A stretch of 64,000 nt of DNA from a virus, in IMG/VR virus record IMGVR_UViG_3300013126_001527, positions 1 through 64,000 of that record, one strand, 5' to 3'. The notes beneath the pieces were generated by a model. That model saw only the letters and a list, made by a program, of their open reading frames with translations, did no database searches and was not told the DNA's origin. A program made the translations under genes and the position numbers. Positions within the stretch are counted from its first letter, which is position 1. The number at the start of each line of letters is the position of its first letter. Positions 10,367 through 20,122 of the stretch are shown here, in pieces.

Positions 10367-10917
10367 CTTTAACTGTACAAAACCTAGCATCGGCCACTGG
10401 TTCACAAATTGCTATTCCTAGTGGGCATCGTCTGCAACACCAGGGCAAAGTTATACAAACGGTCTACGTAAGAAGCGATGCTAGAGCTACTTATACTGCC
10501 GCACCATCAGGAGATGGTACACAGATTACTCCCTTAAATTTAACCATAACTCCCACTAGAACAGACAGTGTTATATGGCTACGATGGACAATATTTTATG
10601 AAATGTATCATGATTGCATGTTTATCGTACATCGAAATAGTAGTCTAATAGGCTACAATACCTACAGAGGTAATGTACGATATAGCGGCATTCTCGCCCC
10701 TCACTATGATAATGATTACAACTCGACTCCTCAAACTAGTACAATCAATTGGTTTGACCGCCCTGGGACTACTAGTGCAACAACATATCAGTTAGCTGTG
10801 CGTTCATCAAATAGTCCCACCAACACACTGTCTTTGAATCGAACTATTGGTAACGTCGGGACTGATGGTTACGAGGTTGGAGTTAGTTGGGGATTTGCTA
10901 GGGAGATATCAGGATGA
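10363..10917 (+). CDS. Tail-tip/receptor-binding-like paralogue A2
   Basis: GTGA overlap; GKVIQTV, ITP, YEMYHD, STP, WFDRPGTTSATTY, YEVGVS. Confidence 0.65.
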   Translation: MTLTVQNLASATGSQIAIPSGHRLQHQGKVIQTVYVRSDARATYTAAPSGDGTQITPLNLTITPTRTDSVIWLRWTIFYEMYHDCMFIVHRNSSLIGYNTYRGNVRYSGILAPHYDNDYNSTPQTSTINWFDRPGTTSATTYQLAVRSSNSPTNTLSLNRTIGNVGTDGYEVGVSWGFAREISG

Positions 10918-11519
10918 CTCTGCGTGTTGATAATATCTACGGCGCCAGTAATGTTGTTCGTGTGGCTAACCCTAATGTACTATATGCCCCTGGACACATT
11001 GTTGATGTGTCTTACACCGTAAGTATGGAGAGAATGTATTACACAATACCAACCAATGATGGTGGTATGAGGGGTGATAGTTTTGCAGAAGGTAGTAACC
11101 AAGGTGGCACTATATTACGTCCACTAGATGTTACAATAATACCCAAAAGTCCGGATAGTTGGATTTTTATTGAATTCAATGTATTCTACGAAGCACACCA
11201 TGATATTGTGTTTACTGTGTTACGTGATGGTATGTTAGTAGGAGCCCAGTGGGGGTCAGGCTATAATCAAGGCATGTGGACTGGTGCGGCACCATCTAGA
11301 TACGATAACAATAATGATAGTACACCTTCATATCTTAATTTGCCTTGGATAGACCGCCCAGGAAAAACACAACCAGTGACCTATAGTTTTGCAGCCAAAG
11401 CGTCTGGCGCCACAGCTCGCGATATGACATTAAATTGTACTTACACTAATTATTTAAACGGCGCAGATTATTACGAACAAGGTGTAAGTTTTAGTATAGC
11501 GCAAGAAATTGCCGCATAA
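10914..11519 (+). CDS. Tail-tip/receptor-binding-like paralogue A3
   Basis: ATGA overlap; YEAHHD, STP, WIDRPG, YEQGVS. Confidence 0.65.
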   Translation: MTLRVDNIYGASNVVRVANPNVLYAPGHIVDVSYTVSMERMYYTIPTNDGGMRGDSFAEGSNQGGTILRPLDVTIIPKSPDSWIFIEFNVFYEAHHDIVFTVLRDGMLVGAQWGSGYNQGMWTGAAPSRYDNNNDSTPSYLNLPWIDRPGKTQPVTYSFAAKASGATARDMTLNCTYTNYLNGADYYEQGVSFSIAQEIAA

Positions 11520-11530
11520 GGAAATAAAAT

Positions 11531-11977
11531 ATGGCAGAAGATTTATCACAAGTAGCAAGCGAAGACCTTCCTCAAGCTAGAGAGCTATTACCACTTCCGC
11601 TGGCTATCAGAGAACTAGCGCCGACTAGTCGCTGGAGCCTAATAGGCGAAGATCTTAGTGGGTTGGTATGGGAAGATGATCCTACGACTAGACCCACAGA
11701 CGAAGAGATTTTAACCAAAGCCCGCGAAATCAAAGCACAGGCACCGTTGGCATTGCTGAGACGCCAACGTGATGCACGTATGCGCGAAGTTGACTGGGTG
11801 ACTCTACGTGCTATGCGCACAGGTGAAGCAATATCGCAAGAGTGGAAAGACTACATGCAGGCCTTGGCTGACATTACAGAAACTTCAACGCCTTCAATTG
11901 TAGCTGGAGTTTTAGTAGGAGTAACATGGCCTACCAGACCAGATGGCAAACCTGCAGGTTCGGCATATAGAACATAA
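11531..11977 (+). CDS. Tail fibre assembly chaperone-like protein
   Basis: LRRQRDARMREVDW...WKDYMQALADIT...WPTRP matches phage tail assembly chaperone motif. Confidence 0.75.
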   Translation: MAEDLSQVASEDLPQARELLPLPLAIRELAPTSRWSLIGEDLSGLVWEDDPTTRPTDEEILTKAREIKAQAPLALLRRQRDARMREVDWVTLRAMRTGEAISQEWKDYMQALADITETSTPSIVAGVLVGVTWPTRPDGKPAGSAYRT

Positions 11978-11980
11978 ATT

Positions 11981-12481
11981 ATGAGTACAGTCAAAGCTGA
12001 TAATATACAAGGTGGGAGTAGAGAAACTCTAATACCAACTAGCGAATTGCGCAGTCGAGTAATCAAATCCTATCAATTTAATTGGAATGGCGGTTGGTGG
12101 GATCCTAGTGACAGCTATCAATGGTTGCCAGCTGGGTATCACGATTACTTGCCTGCTAGTGCAAATAGCCGTATCAGATTTACGATTAGTCTGAGTTATT
12201 GCCACATCAACGGTCATGGAATCAGTCATTGTATTTTTTATGCAAATGGCAACGAAGTAGGTAGGCACTGTATTGCCGGACAAAGCCCAGAACACATGCA
12301 TACCTATGTATGGGATATAGCCAGCTGGGGCACAACAGAAGGACGAATTGGTTATCAGATTCGTCGATATGGTGGTAGTAACAGCGGAAGATTTCACGGC
12401 GTGACTCATTGGGACGGAATTGGCGAAGGCAATCCAACAGCACACAGTGAATTCTTAATAGAGGAATATCTACCCCTATGA
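11981..12481 (+). CDS. Tail-tip-like paralogue B1
   Basis: GGWWDP, HGISH, SWG, IGYQIR, C-terminal IEEY shared with B2-B6. Confidence 0.65.
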   Translation: MSTVKADNIQGGSRETLIPTSELRSRVIKSYQFNWNGGWWDPSDSYQWLPAGYHDYLPASANSRIRFTISLSYCHINGHGISHCIFYANGNEVGRHCIAGQSPEHMHTYVWDIASWGTTEGRIGYQIRRYGGSNSGRFHGVTHWDGIGEGNPTAHSEFLIEEYLPL

Positions 12482-12987
12482 GTACCATAATCACCGATCA
12501 ATTACAATATGACTATGATAAACCTTTAGTCCCAATTACCGAACTAGGTCATAGAGTTATTAAAAGTTTTAGACAAAATTATGATGGTGGTCTGTGGAAC
12601 CCTGATACAAATTATAATTGGGTACCTGGTATGTATACGTCATACACTCCACTGTCGTCATCTAGTCGGATTCGTGTATATTGTCATTTGCCTTATGCTA
12701 GAAACAGTGGGAGCTCACACGCTATAAGTAATTGGATATTTTATGCTAACGGAGTTGAACGTGGTCGGCACAGTGTCAGTGGCAACCATTTAGAAGATAT
12801 GAGCTGCTACGTATGGGATATGGCCAGTTGGGGTACAATCGAAGCTACAATAGGTTATCAGATGCGAGCTCATGCGAATGACAATCATGAAGTTCGTCCG
12901 TACACCACACAATACTGGGACGGTGGTGGAAGTACACAAACATGTCGAGGTCAGTTTGTGATTGAAGAATATTTAACTGGAGTATAG
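12478..12987 (+). CDS. Tail-tip-like paralogue B2
   Basis: WNPDTNYNWVPG, SHAISNW, GNHLED, SWG, ANDNHEVR. Confidence 0.65.
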   Translation: MSTIITDQLQYDYDKPLVPITELGHRVIKSFRQNYDGGLWNPDTNYNWVPGMYTSYTPLSSSSRIRVYCHLPYARNSGSSHAISNWIFYANGVERGRHSVSGNHLEDMSCYVWDMASWGTIEATIGYQMRAHANDNHEVRPYTTQYWDGGGSTQTCRGQFVIEEYLTGV

Positions 12988-12990
12988 ATT

Positions 12991-13488
12991 GTGGCATTAA
13001 CTGTAGAATATTTACAAAATACAGCAGGATCAGTTACTGTTCCAGTTAGCGAATTACAGATTAGAACTATACAGTTTTATCAAGCTGAATATACATCGGG
13101 TGAATGGAATCCTGACACAAATTATAACTGGATACCCGGTGCTTATGCCGATTTCACACCAAGGCGAGCAGATAGCCGTATAAAATACACCATGCGCTTG
13201 CCTACCGCATGGTCAAATGCCTCGCATGCCATCAGCCATTGGTATTTTTGGGCTGCTGGCACACTATATTGGTATTGGAGTGAAAGTGGAACACATGTTG
13301 AAAATGCAAAAATGTTTCAATTTGAAGTGCCTAGTTGGGGTACAAGTACTCAGCGTATAGGAATGCAGATGCGTAGCTACGCTAACGATAATCACGAAGT
13401 TCGAGCATATAGAACATATTATTGGAATGGTGCAGGTAGTGTTCAGAATGCCTACGGGCATTTGATAATTGAAGAGGTTCTTTATTAA
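12991..13488 (+). CDS. Tail-tip-like paralogue B3
   Basis: GTG start; WNPDTNYNWIPG, SHAISHW, GTHVEN, ANDNHEVR. Confidence 0.65.
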   Translation: MALTVEYLQNTAGSVTVPVSELQIRTIQFYQAEYTSGEWNPDTNYNWIPGAYADFTPRRADSRIKYTMRLPTAWSNASHAISHWYFWAAGTLYWYWSESGTHVENAKMFQFEVPSWGTSTQRIGMQMRSYANDNHEVRAYRTYYWNGAGSVQNAYGHLIIEEVLY

Positions 13489-14036
13489 TGACTACACTTA
13501 CAGTTAATGCATTAAAACATACTAACAGCGGTCATGCTATTCCGATTAAAGAGCTCACAGCTCGTGTAATACAGCGCCATGTTGCAGACTATACCAGTGG
13601 CGAATGGAATCCAGACAACACTAGTAATTGGGTGCCAGGTAGCTGGGTTGATTTTACACCCCTAAGAGCCGACAGTAGAATTAGCTATATCTGGCGTTGC
13701 CCCCATGCGTGGTCAAATGCCACCCATGCTATCAGCCATTGGAGATTTTATGTCAATGGCATTTTGTATTTTTGGCACAGTACCAGTGGAGTACATATCG
13801 AAGACGGCTGTGTACTAAAATGGGACGTTCCAAGTTGGGGGACTTCTGCAGGTAGAATAGGTTATCAAATACGATCATATGCCAACGACAATCACGAAGT
13901 AAGATTGTATACTACATATTACTGGGATGGCGCCGGCCGCAGTGCCCAAAATGCCTACGGACAATTAATTGTAGAAGAATACGTTGGTGTAAGTGATGCA
14001 ACTAGTAATAATTCTTACAGTGTTACAGCTGGTTAA
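13488..14036 (+). CDS. Tail-tip-like paralogue B4
   Basis: TAATG overlap; THAISHW, GVHIED, ANDNHEVR; closest to B3. Confidence 0.65.
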   Translation: MTTLTVNALKHTNSGHAIPIKELTARVIQRHVADYTSGEWNPDNTSNWVPGSWVDFTPLRADSRISYIWRCPHAWSNATHAISHWRFYVNGILYFWHSTSGVHIEDGCVLKWDVPSWGTSAGRIGYQIRSYANDNHEVRLYTTYYWDGAGRSAQNAYGQLIVEEYVGVSDATSNNSYSVTAG

Positions 14037-14065
14037 ATACTATAAATGAAATTAAGGAGAATAAT

Positions 14066-14395
14066 ATGGCAGATGTAGACTTTGGCGAAGTAATGCATAA
14101 GTTCTATGCCGGTAGACAATACGGAGTGCGCGGACCTAACTATGAAGATATTACCTGGTTAGAATCTGAACCTAAACCCAGTAGAGAAGATCTAATAGCT
14201 AAATGGGAAACTATTAAAGACGAAGTAGTTCTGCGAAGAGTAGCGCAAGCTCGTGCTACTCCTGGTAACTATCCTAGTAGAGATGATATGATTGTTGCTT
14301 TGTGGGAAATGGTTGTTGAAAATCGACCCGAAACAGCCCAAGCACTTCAAGCACGTCGTGAAGAAATTAAAACTCAATTTCCAAAACCAGTATAA
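14066..14395 (+). CDS. Tail fibre chaperone-like small protein
   Basis: Strong AAGGAG RBS; YEDITW..KPS...YPSRDDMIVALW...IKTQFPKP motif common beside phage fibre genes. Confidence 0.6.
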   Translation: MADVDFGEVMHKFYAGRQYGVRGPNYEDITWLESEPKPSREDLIAKWETIKDEVVLRRVAQARATPGNYPSRDDMIVALWEMVVENRPETAQALQARREEIKTQFPKPV

Positions 14396-14398
14396 TCA

Positions 14399-14911
14399 AT
14401 GACCGGGATATTAAAAGTTGATACTATACGTAATGTGGCCAACACAGTTAGCCTTACGCCTGCAAACTTACAACGCAGGCTAGTACAGCGTACCACTAGA
14501 TGGTTTAAAGGTGGGCTTTGGAATCCCGGTAACAATTACAGAGAAATTCCGGGAAGTTTAATTAATATTACTCCGCTATATGATAACAGCTATTTGACCT
14601 ACACCTATATGTGTCCATTGGGACATCGCGGTGCAGCACACAGTATCACCCATTGGATTTTTGTAGCCTATGGTCAAGAGTACGGTAGACATAGTCGTTC
14701 AGTAGATCACCAAGAATCTGGACAAGCACTGCGCTGGGAAGTACCTAGTTGGGGTGCTGGAAGATCTGGAACCATGGGATACTTTACTCGCCAATACACT
14801 GACAGTAATCATAGTGTGCATTTTAACGGTCGTAGATATATCGATGGCAGCGACAGCAGTAGAGCTGTTCCAAGTTGGGTCTCTGTTGAGGAGTATTTAC
14901 CTGCACCATGA
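14399..14911 (+). CDS. Tail-tip-like paralogue B5
   Basis: GLWNPG, AHSITHW, DHQES, SWG, SNHSV, VEEY. Confidence 0.65.
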   Translation: MTGILKVDTIRNVANTVSLTPANLQRRLVQRTTRWFKGGLWNPGNNYREIPGSLINITPLYDNSYLTYTYMCPLGHRGAAHSITHWIFVAYGQEYGRHSRSVDHQESGQALRWEVPSWGAGRSGTMGYFTRQYTDSNHSVHFNGRRYIDGSDSSRAVPSWVSVEEYLPAP

Positions 14912-15423
14912 CCGGAATTCTTACAGTTAATACTTTACAAAATGAAGCTGGCGATGTTAGCATTAACACTTCGCATCTACAAAGACGCATATTACAACGT
15001 GTGAGCTACGTGCATCGAATTGGGTGGTGGAGAGGAAGCAAGACCTATTACTGGGTACCAGGTGCATATGTTGACTTTCGTCCTATTAGGTCAAACTCAA
15101 GGGTACGACTAACATTTAGTATACCTACTAGACAGTATGGCAGCCAGCATATGATCATGCATTGGATGTTTTATAGAGACGAAGTTTATTATGGTCGACA
15201 TTGTCGCGGAGGACACCATGTAGAGAATGCCTTTGCTATGGAATGGGATATCGCTAGTTGGGGAGAAATGCAGTACGCTAGGGTAGGGTATAAATGTCGT
15301 AGTTATGTAGAAGGCAACCATAATGCGCACCTATATCTAACTCAATATTGGGATGGCGGCAGCGCAAGCAACGACATACAAGGACAAGTTATTGTTGAAG
15401 AATACATACCTGCAGCATTTTAG
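14908..15423 (+). CDS. Tail-tip-like paralogue B6
   Basis: ATGA overlap; QHMIMHW, GHHVEN, SWG, GNHNAH, VEEY. Confidence 0.65.
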   Translation: MTGILTVNTLQNEAGDVSINTSHLQRRILQRVSYVHRIGWWRGSKTYYWVPGAYVDFRPIRSNSRVRLTFSIPTRQYGSQHMIMHWMFYRDEVYYGRHCRGGHHVENAFAMEWDIASWGEMQYARVGYKCRSYVEGNHNAHLYLTQYWDGGSASNDIQGQVIVEEYIPAAF

Positions 15424-15434
15424 TCAAATCTGAG

Positions 15435-15463
15435 TTGCTATTCTAATCAAGCTACTATATACT
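15435..15463 (+). promoter_or_regulatory. Sigma70-type promoter
   Basis: TTGCTA-17 nt-TATACT upstream of 15497. Confidence 0.55.
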
Positions 15464-15486
15464 ATTATAGTAGCTTTTTATTTTTT
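15449..15486 (+). terminator. Rho-independent terminator overlapping a sigma70 promoter
   Basis: AAGCTACTATA/TATAGTAGCTT inverted repeat followed by T-run. Confidence 0.65.
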
Positions 15487-15496
15487 AAGACTGTAT

Positions 15497-15943
15497 ATGA
15501 CTCCCGAACAACTAATCTGTCAATTTATCAAGAAAGACCAACGAATTCTACAAATAGGCGGTGATGATAATCTTAAAGATCTAGCCGAGGCAGATACCTA
15601 CACTTATCTATCTGTTGATCAACTTAATGTCATTCCAGCACAACCTTACGATTATGTTATTCTAACAGAGGTGCTTGAATTAGTCGACGACCCCGTTAAA
15701 TTAATTAATACTGTTAAAAATCTATCTCGTAGCGTAGTAATATACGAATACAAATATGATGATGTTGAAATCAAACCTACATGGCGCAAACCGTGGCAAT
15801 CAGTAGGTTTGGAGTTTTCATTAACCCGAGGTTTTGACTACGTGAATAGTATATTTTTAGGTTACGCTACTATACATATATGCGAAATGCCATATACTAC
15901 ATCAGAAACTGAACAAAAGGAACACCCAAATGCTATTAGATAA
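15497..15943 (+). CDS. Class I SAM-dependent methyltransferase-like protein (degenerate)
   Basis: RILQIGG motif-I-like and YDYVILTEVLELVDDP segment. Confidence 0.5.
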   Translation: MTPEQLICQFIKKDQRILQIGGDDNLKDLAEADTYTYLSVDQLNVIPAQPYDYVILTEVLELVDDPVKLINTVKNLSRSVVIYEYKYDDVEIKPTWRKPWQSVGLEFSLTRGFDYVNSIFLGYATIHICEMPYTTSETEQKEHPNAIR

Positions 15944-17432
15944 CATAGCTATTGTTGGCGGCGGAACTAGTGGATTAGTTACTGCACTTATATTAAGAAA
16001 AACGTATCCTAAACTAAAAATTGATCTAATAGAATCAGATCAAATTGGTATTGTAGGAGTAGGTGAGGGCAGTACCGAACACTGGTCAAACTTCACAGGG
16101 TTTTGTGATATTAGTATTAGTCAACTAATCAAAGAAACAGACGCCACCTTTAAATATGGTATTAAGTTTGATAATTGGAACGGTGACGGCAAACATTACA
16201 TGCACTCTGTATCAAGTGCATTTAACATCGAAAGCCAAACAAATAGTAAATTTGTCTACAGTTGGTTAATAGCCAATGGAGGGACTCCACAAGACATCGT
16301 ACACGAGTATGTAGGAAAGAGCCTACATAGAAAACCCTATTGGAGCATTAATCAGTTTCATTTTAACACGTTTAAACTAAATGAATTCTTACATAAACTC
16401 TGCGAAAGACGTAGTATTAATATAATTAAGGCAGAGATTGAGTATGCTACACTTAACGAAGACGGAGATATTGGCGGATTAAAAACATCAGATGGTCGTA
16501 CGTTGTCTTATGATTTTTACGTAGACAGTACAGGATTCCGCAGGCTACTGTTAAAAAACACACTAGGAGTTCAATGGAAAAGTTACAACAAGTATCTGCC
16601 AATGAATAGTGCGATTGCATTTCCTACAGAACGAACAGAAACTATCCCAAGTTGGACCTTAAGTAAAGCATTGGACTCAGGATGGTTGTGGAGAATTCCT
16701 ACACAGAATCGGTATGGTAATGGGTATGTGTTCAATGATCAATTTATGGATTTTGACCGGGCTAAACAAGAAGTAGAAAGATTGTACGGACACGAAATTG
16801 TAGTAGCAAAACAAATTAAGTTTGACGCAGGTATGTTAGAGCAGTCTTGGAAAAATAATTGCGTTGCTATAGGCCTAAGTAGTAGTTTTGTAGAACCGTT
16901 AGAAGCCAGTGCGATTGGCGCCAGTATACAACAAGCATTTATGTTTTCTACGGCTGTTGCTAGTTACATTCCAAATAGTGGGAATACCTATGCCGAACGA
17001 GTGTTTAATAAAGAAAATCAAGAATTAGTAGAAAATATCATTGACTTTGTTAGTCTACATTATGTTGTTAAACGTCAGGATACTGACTTTTGGAAGAGTA
17101 TACAACAATTACCAAAAACTGATAGCCTACTAGAAAAATTAGAAATTTTTAAACATAAATTTCCAGGAAAGAGTGACTTTGAAAATCGACGATTAATGTT
17201 TAAAGAAGCCAATTGGATTTTAATCATGCATGGCCAAGGATTGATACCGCAACACGTAGCACAGCAAGATGTAAACATACAACCGTCGCATGTCATTGAC
17301 AGTATTAATAATAATATTACTAATATTATCGGGCCTATGGGTATAAACGACGATCAAGCAGTTGATCATCGGACTGCACTACAGTGGTTAGTGGACAATC
17401 CGGAACAGGGTTTTTATGAGTCAGATTTTTAA
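15930..17432 (+). CDS. Tryptophan halogenase family flavoprotein (PrnA-like)
   Basis: IVGGGTSG FAD motif, GVGEGS, ATFKYGIKFDNW, WLWRIP (WxWxIP), FVEPLEAS. Confidence 0.9.
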   Translation: MLLDNIAIVGGGTSGLVTALILRKTYPKLKIDLIESDQIGIVGVGEGSTEHWSNFTGFCDISISQLIKETDATFKYGIKFDNWNGDGKHYMHSVSSAFNIESQTNSKFVYSWLIANGGTPQDIVHEYVGKSLHRKPYWSINQFHFNTFKLNEFLHKLCERRSINIIKAEIEYATLNEDGDIGGLKTSDGRTLSYDFYVDSTGFRRLLLKNTLGVQWKSYNKYLPMNSAIAFPTERTETIPSWTLSKALDSGWLWRIPTQNRYGNGYVFNDQFMDFDRAKQEVERLYGHEIVVAKQIKFDAGMLEQSWKNNCVAIGLSSSFVEPLEASAIGASIQQAFMFSTAVASYIPNSGNTYAERVFNKENQELVENIIDFVSLHYVVKRQDTDFWKSIQQLPKTDSLLEKLEIFKHKFPGKSDFENRRLMFKEANWILIMHGQGLIPQHVAQQDVNIQPSHVIDSINNNITNIIGPMGINDDQAVDHRTALQWLVDNPEQGFYESDF

Positions 17433-18063
17433 GCAAGGGTTAAATTGGGTAATAGTTGATCATATAGGTAACCTTGATTCAACTAACAAAATGTTAGAGA
17501 CTGTTACACAAGATGACTGGCACGCATATACTAGTGCAAAAGGTCCCAATAGTCATCAACACTATATAATTAATCCAAATTGGATGCCACATGCCAATCA
17601 TCAAGAACCCGTTGGTTGGCCAGATATTCGACGCAAGTTTACTAAAATCGTACAAACCGAGATAGTCAACTATGGTCTTATGCCAATGAATTGGACTGAA
17701 CTACATGCCTGTTCAGCATGGACTGTAACTGGAGAAGAAAACAGCTATCACACAATTCACGAACATGGGCCTATGAATATTTGTAGTGTTACATATTTAA
17801 AAGTTCCAGAGCATCAAGAAAGTCCTGCTGGACAAATTTACTTTGTGCTACACAGTGACGGGTATAATCCACTAAGTACTCCAAACATGCGAGTGCTACA
17901 CATACAACCACAACAAGGAATGATAGTTATATTCCCAAGTTGGCTATTGCACGGTGTATATCCGCAAGGACCTGGATTGCGACAAACTTTAAATATAGAC
18001 TTTAACGGTGACCCTAACTACAAGTTTAATATTCCACATTCTGGCGGCGCAAGTTACGGTTGA
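17416..18063 (+). CDS. Putative 2OG-Fe(II) oxygenase
   Basis: HxH (IHEH), SVTYL, IFPSWLLHGV, R-x-T-L-N double-stranded beta-helix motifs. Confidence 0.8.
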   Translation: MSQIFKQGLNWVIVDHIGNLDSTNKMLETVTQDDWHAYTSAKGPNSHQHYIINPNWMPHANHQEPVGWPDIRRKFTKIVQTEIVNYGLMPMNWTELHACSAWTVTGEENSYHTIHEHGPMNICSVTYLKVPEHQESPAGQIYFVLHSDGYNPLSTPNMRVLHIQPQQGMIVIFPSWLLHGVYPQGPGLRQTLNIDFNGDPNYKFNIPHSGGASYG

Positions 18064-18088
18064 CACGCAGTTTAAAAGATTGTATAAT
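18060..18088 (+). promoter_or_regulatory. Consensus sigma70 (early) promoter
   Basis: TTGACA-17 nt-TATAAT upstream of DNA ligase. Confidence 0.85.
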
Positions 18089-18118
18089 ACGCTTATACTT
18101 AATAGATAGGTGTAGTTT

Positions 18119-19435
18119 ATGGATCAACCTTGGCAAGTAATTAGCGCATTAGAAACGCACAATCTCCGTACTAACAAAGAACAAATTATTGCCGCACAAA
18201 TCCAAAGTCAAAACACGGAATTTTTTGAAGGTTGTCGTCTTGCACTGGACAGTATGATTACTTTTGGTGTAAAACAAGTTTCAGAAAAAGATAAAGATGA
18301 AGGCCAAGGCCTTAGTTGGACGGGCTTTAAGCAACTAGCAGAAGCATTAGCCAATCGACAACTCACTGGCAACGATGCCCAAACAGCCATTGCCCACGCA
18401 CGTATGCGAGCAACTAAACAGCAATGGAATTTATGGTATCGACGTATCTTAATCAAAGACCTGCGCTGTGGTACTAGCGAAAAAACCATCAACAAAGTAG
18501 TGGAGAAATTAAATGCTAAAGATTACATTATTCCTGTGTTTACTTGTCAACTTGCTCATGATTCTGCCAATCACGAAACTAAAGTGGCAGGAGAAAAACT
18601 TGTTGAAGTTAAACTCGATGGAGTACGTGTTATTGCTATTGTCTATCCAAACGGCCTTGTTAGTCTTTTTAGCCGTAACGGTAAACAACTGGCAAACTTT
18701 CCATTGGTTGAGCAACAATTAGCCAAACACGCTATTTTCTTTGCAGAACCTGTGGTCCTTGACGGAGAAATTATGAGTGCTAGTTTTCAGGATCTAATGA
18801 AACAAGTACATCGTAAAAGTGGTGTAGCCAGTACTGATGCTGTATTGAACCTATTTGATATCCTTACCTTGCGTGAATTCCAGCAGGGTCAAGGAGAACA
18901 TCGGCAAATTGATCGCAGTTATAGTCTGCAGGCATGGTATAATCAATTTAAGGATCACATGCCTAATGTTACAGTAGTAGGGCAAGAACTAGTTGATTTG
19001 GATACACCAGAAGGACAAACTCGCTTTAAAGAGATCAATGCTACTGCTATTAGTGGCGGCTATGAGGGTATCATGATCAAAGATCCAACCGCAGTTTACG
19101 AATGCAAACGTAGTACTGCCTGGCTTAAACTTAAACCATTTATTGAAGTTAGTTTGGAGGTTGTAGATGTTGAAGAAGGCACTGGCAGAAATAGTGGCAA
19201 AATGGGGGCTCTGGCATGTCATGGGCAAGATGATGGCCGTGATATTATTGTTAATTGCGGAAGTGGGTTTACTGATAACGATCGTGCAGTTTATTGGGAA
19301 TCACGTGAGGAACTAATTGGACAGATTGTGGAAATTCGCGCTGACGCTGTCACGCAAAATCAAGACGGTACGTACTCGTTACGTTTTCCTAGGTTCCTCC
19401 GTTTTAGGGGTTTTGAAATTGGCGAAAAACTATAA
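18119..19435 (+). CDS. lig: ATP-dependent DNA ligase
   Basis: KLDGVR adenylation motif, LDGEI, EGIMIK, WLKLKP, CGSGF, SLRFPRF. Confidence 0.95.
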   Translation: MDQPWQVISALETHNLRTNKEQIIAAQIQSQNTEFFEGCRLALDSMITFGVKQVSEKDKDEGQGLSWTGFKQLAEALANRQLTGNDAQTAIAHARMRATKQQWNLWYRRILIKDLRCGTSEKTINKVVEKLNAKDYIIPVFTCQLAHDSANHETKVAGEKLVEVKLDGVRVIAIVYPNGLVSLFSRNGKQLANFPLVEQQLAKHAIFFAEPVVLDGEIMSASFQDLMKQVHRKSGVASTDAVLNLFDILTLREFQQGQGEHRQIDRSYSLQAWYNQFKDHMPNVTVVGQELVDLDTPEGQTRFKEINATAISGGYEGIMIKDPTAVYECKRSTAWLKLKPFIEVSLEVVDVEEGTGRNSGKMGALACHGQDDGRDIIVNCGSGFTDNDRAVYWESREELIGQIVEIRADAVTQNQDGTYSLRFPRFLRFRGFEIGEKL

Positions 19436-19679
19436 ACTAGCACAAGACGCAAATAAAAGCGTAGTCTACGGTGCCTTGTTGGAAATAACAAAGAATCCCC
19501 GCTTATGGCGTCACAGTGATGTTGGGCGTGAGTATAGCTATCTGACTAAAGAAGGATATGAAGTTATTGGTGATCTTATGCAGGATATCTTACGAACTGT
19601 AGATGCATTAGACCAAAAAGTTGTTGAGCAAAAGGCCAAAGAAGTTGTTTGGAAAGAATTAGGCAAGGAACAAGAATAA
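19419..19679 (+). CDS. Hypothetical protein
   Basis: Probable TTG start overlapping ligase 3' end. Confidence 0.5.
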   Translation: MAKNYKLAQDANKSVVYGALLEITKNPRLWRHSDVGREYSYLTKEGYEVIGDLMQDILRTVDALDQKVVEQKAKEVVWKELGKEQE

Positions 19680-19732
19680 TGTTATTAGGATGGGGCAGTG
19701 ACGCATTTAGACTATCAAAAGAAAGGAATCGT

Positions 19733-20008
19733 ATGATCTTAACACGCAATGAAATTATTGAAGCATTACAGGAACACAAATGCATAGTAAAGTTTACTAA
19801 AGTAAATGGCGAAGTACGTGAAATGCCCTGCACCTTACGAGAAGATATTGTGCCCAAATACGAACGCAAAACACCAATGAAAGATGCTACAGGTAAAAAT
19901 CAAAATGTTCTTAGTGTGTGGTGTTTAGACAAAAACGAATGGCGCAGTTTTAGGGTGGATAACGTACTTGAATTGCGATTAGATTTAGGCATGCCTATAG
20001 TAACGTAA
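19733..20008 (+). CDS. WYL_2/Sm-like SH3 beta-barrel phage protein
   Basis: AAGGA RBS; VKFTKVNGEVREMPCTL...VWCLDKNEWRSFRVD signature. Confidence 0.75.
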   Translation: MILTRNEIIEALQEHKCIVKFTKVNGEVREMPCTLREDIVPKYERKTPMKDATGKNQNVLSVWCLDKNEWRSFRVDNVLELRLDLGMPIVT

Positions 20009-20035
20009 TTTTGGTAAAAATTTGATAAAAAGTGG

Positions 20036-20064
20036 TTGACAAAATCATTAACTGAGTATATAAT
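20036..20064 (+). promoter_or_regulatory. Consensus sigma70 promoter
   Basis: TTGACA-17 nt-TATAAT. Confidence 0.85.
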
Positions 20065-20122
20065 ATATGCTCATGCTTAGGAAAGCAGTTGTACTTTTAT
20101 TAAACTTTATGGAGATTTACGC

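Noticed and set aside
9800-15423. Diversity-generating retroelement acting on the paralogue array
   Set aside because: No reverse transcriptase in the window; similar stretches (e.g. B3 vs B4) differ at synonymous non-adenine positions and both lie in intact genes, so there is no TR/VR pair
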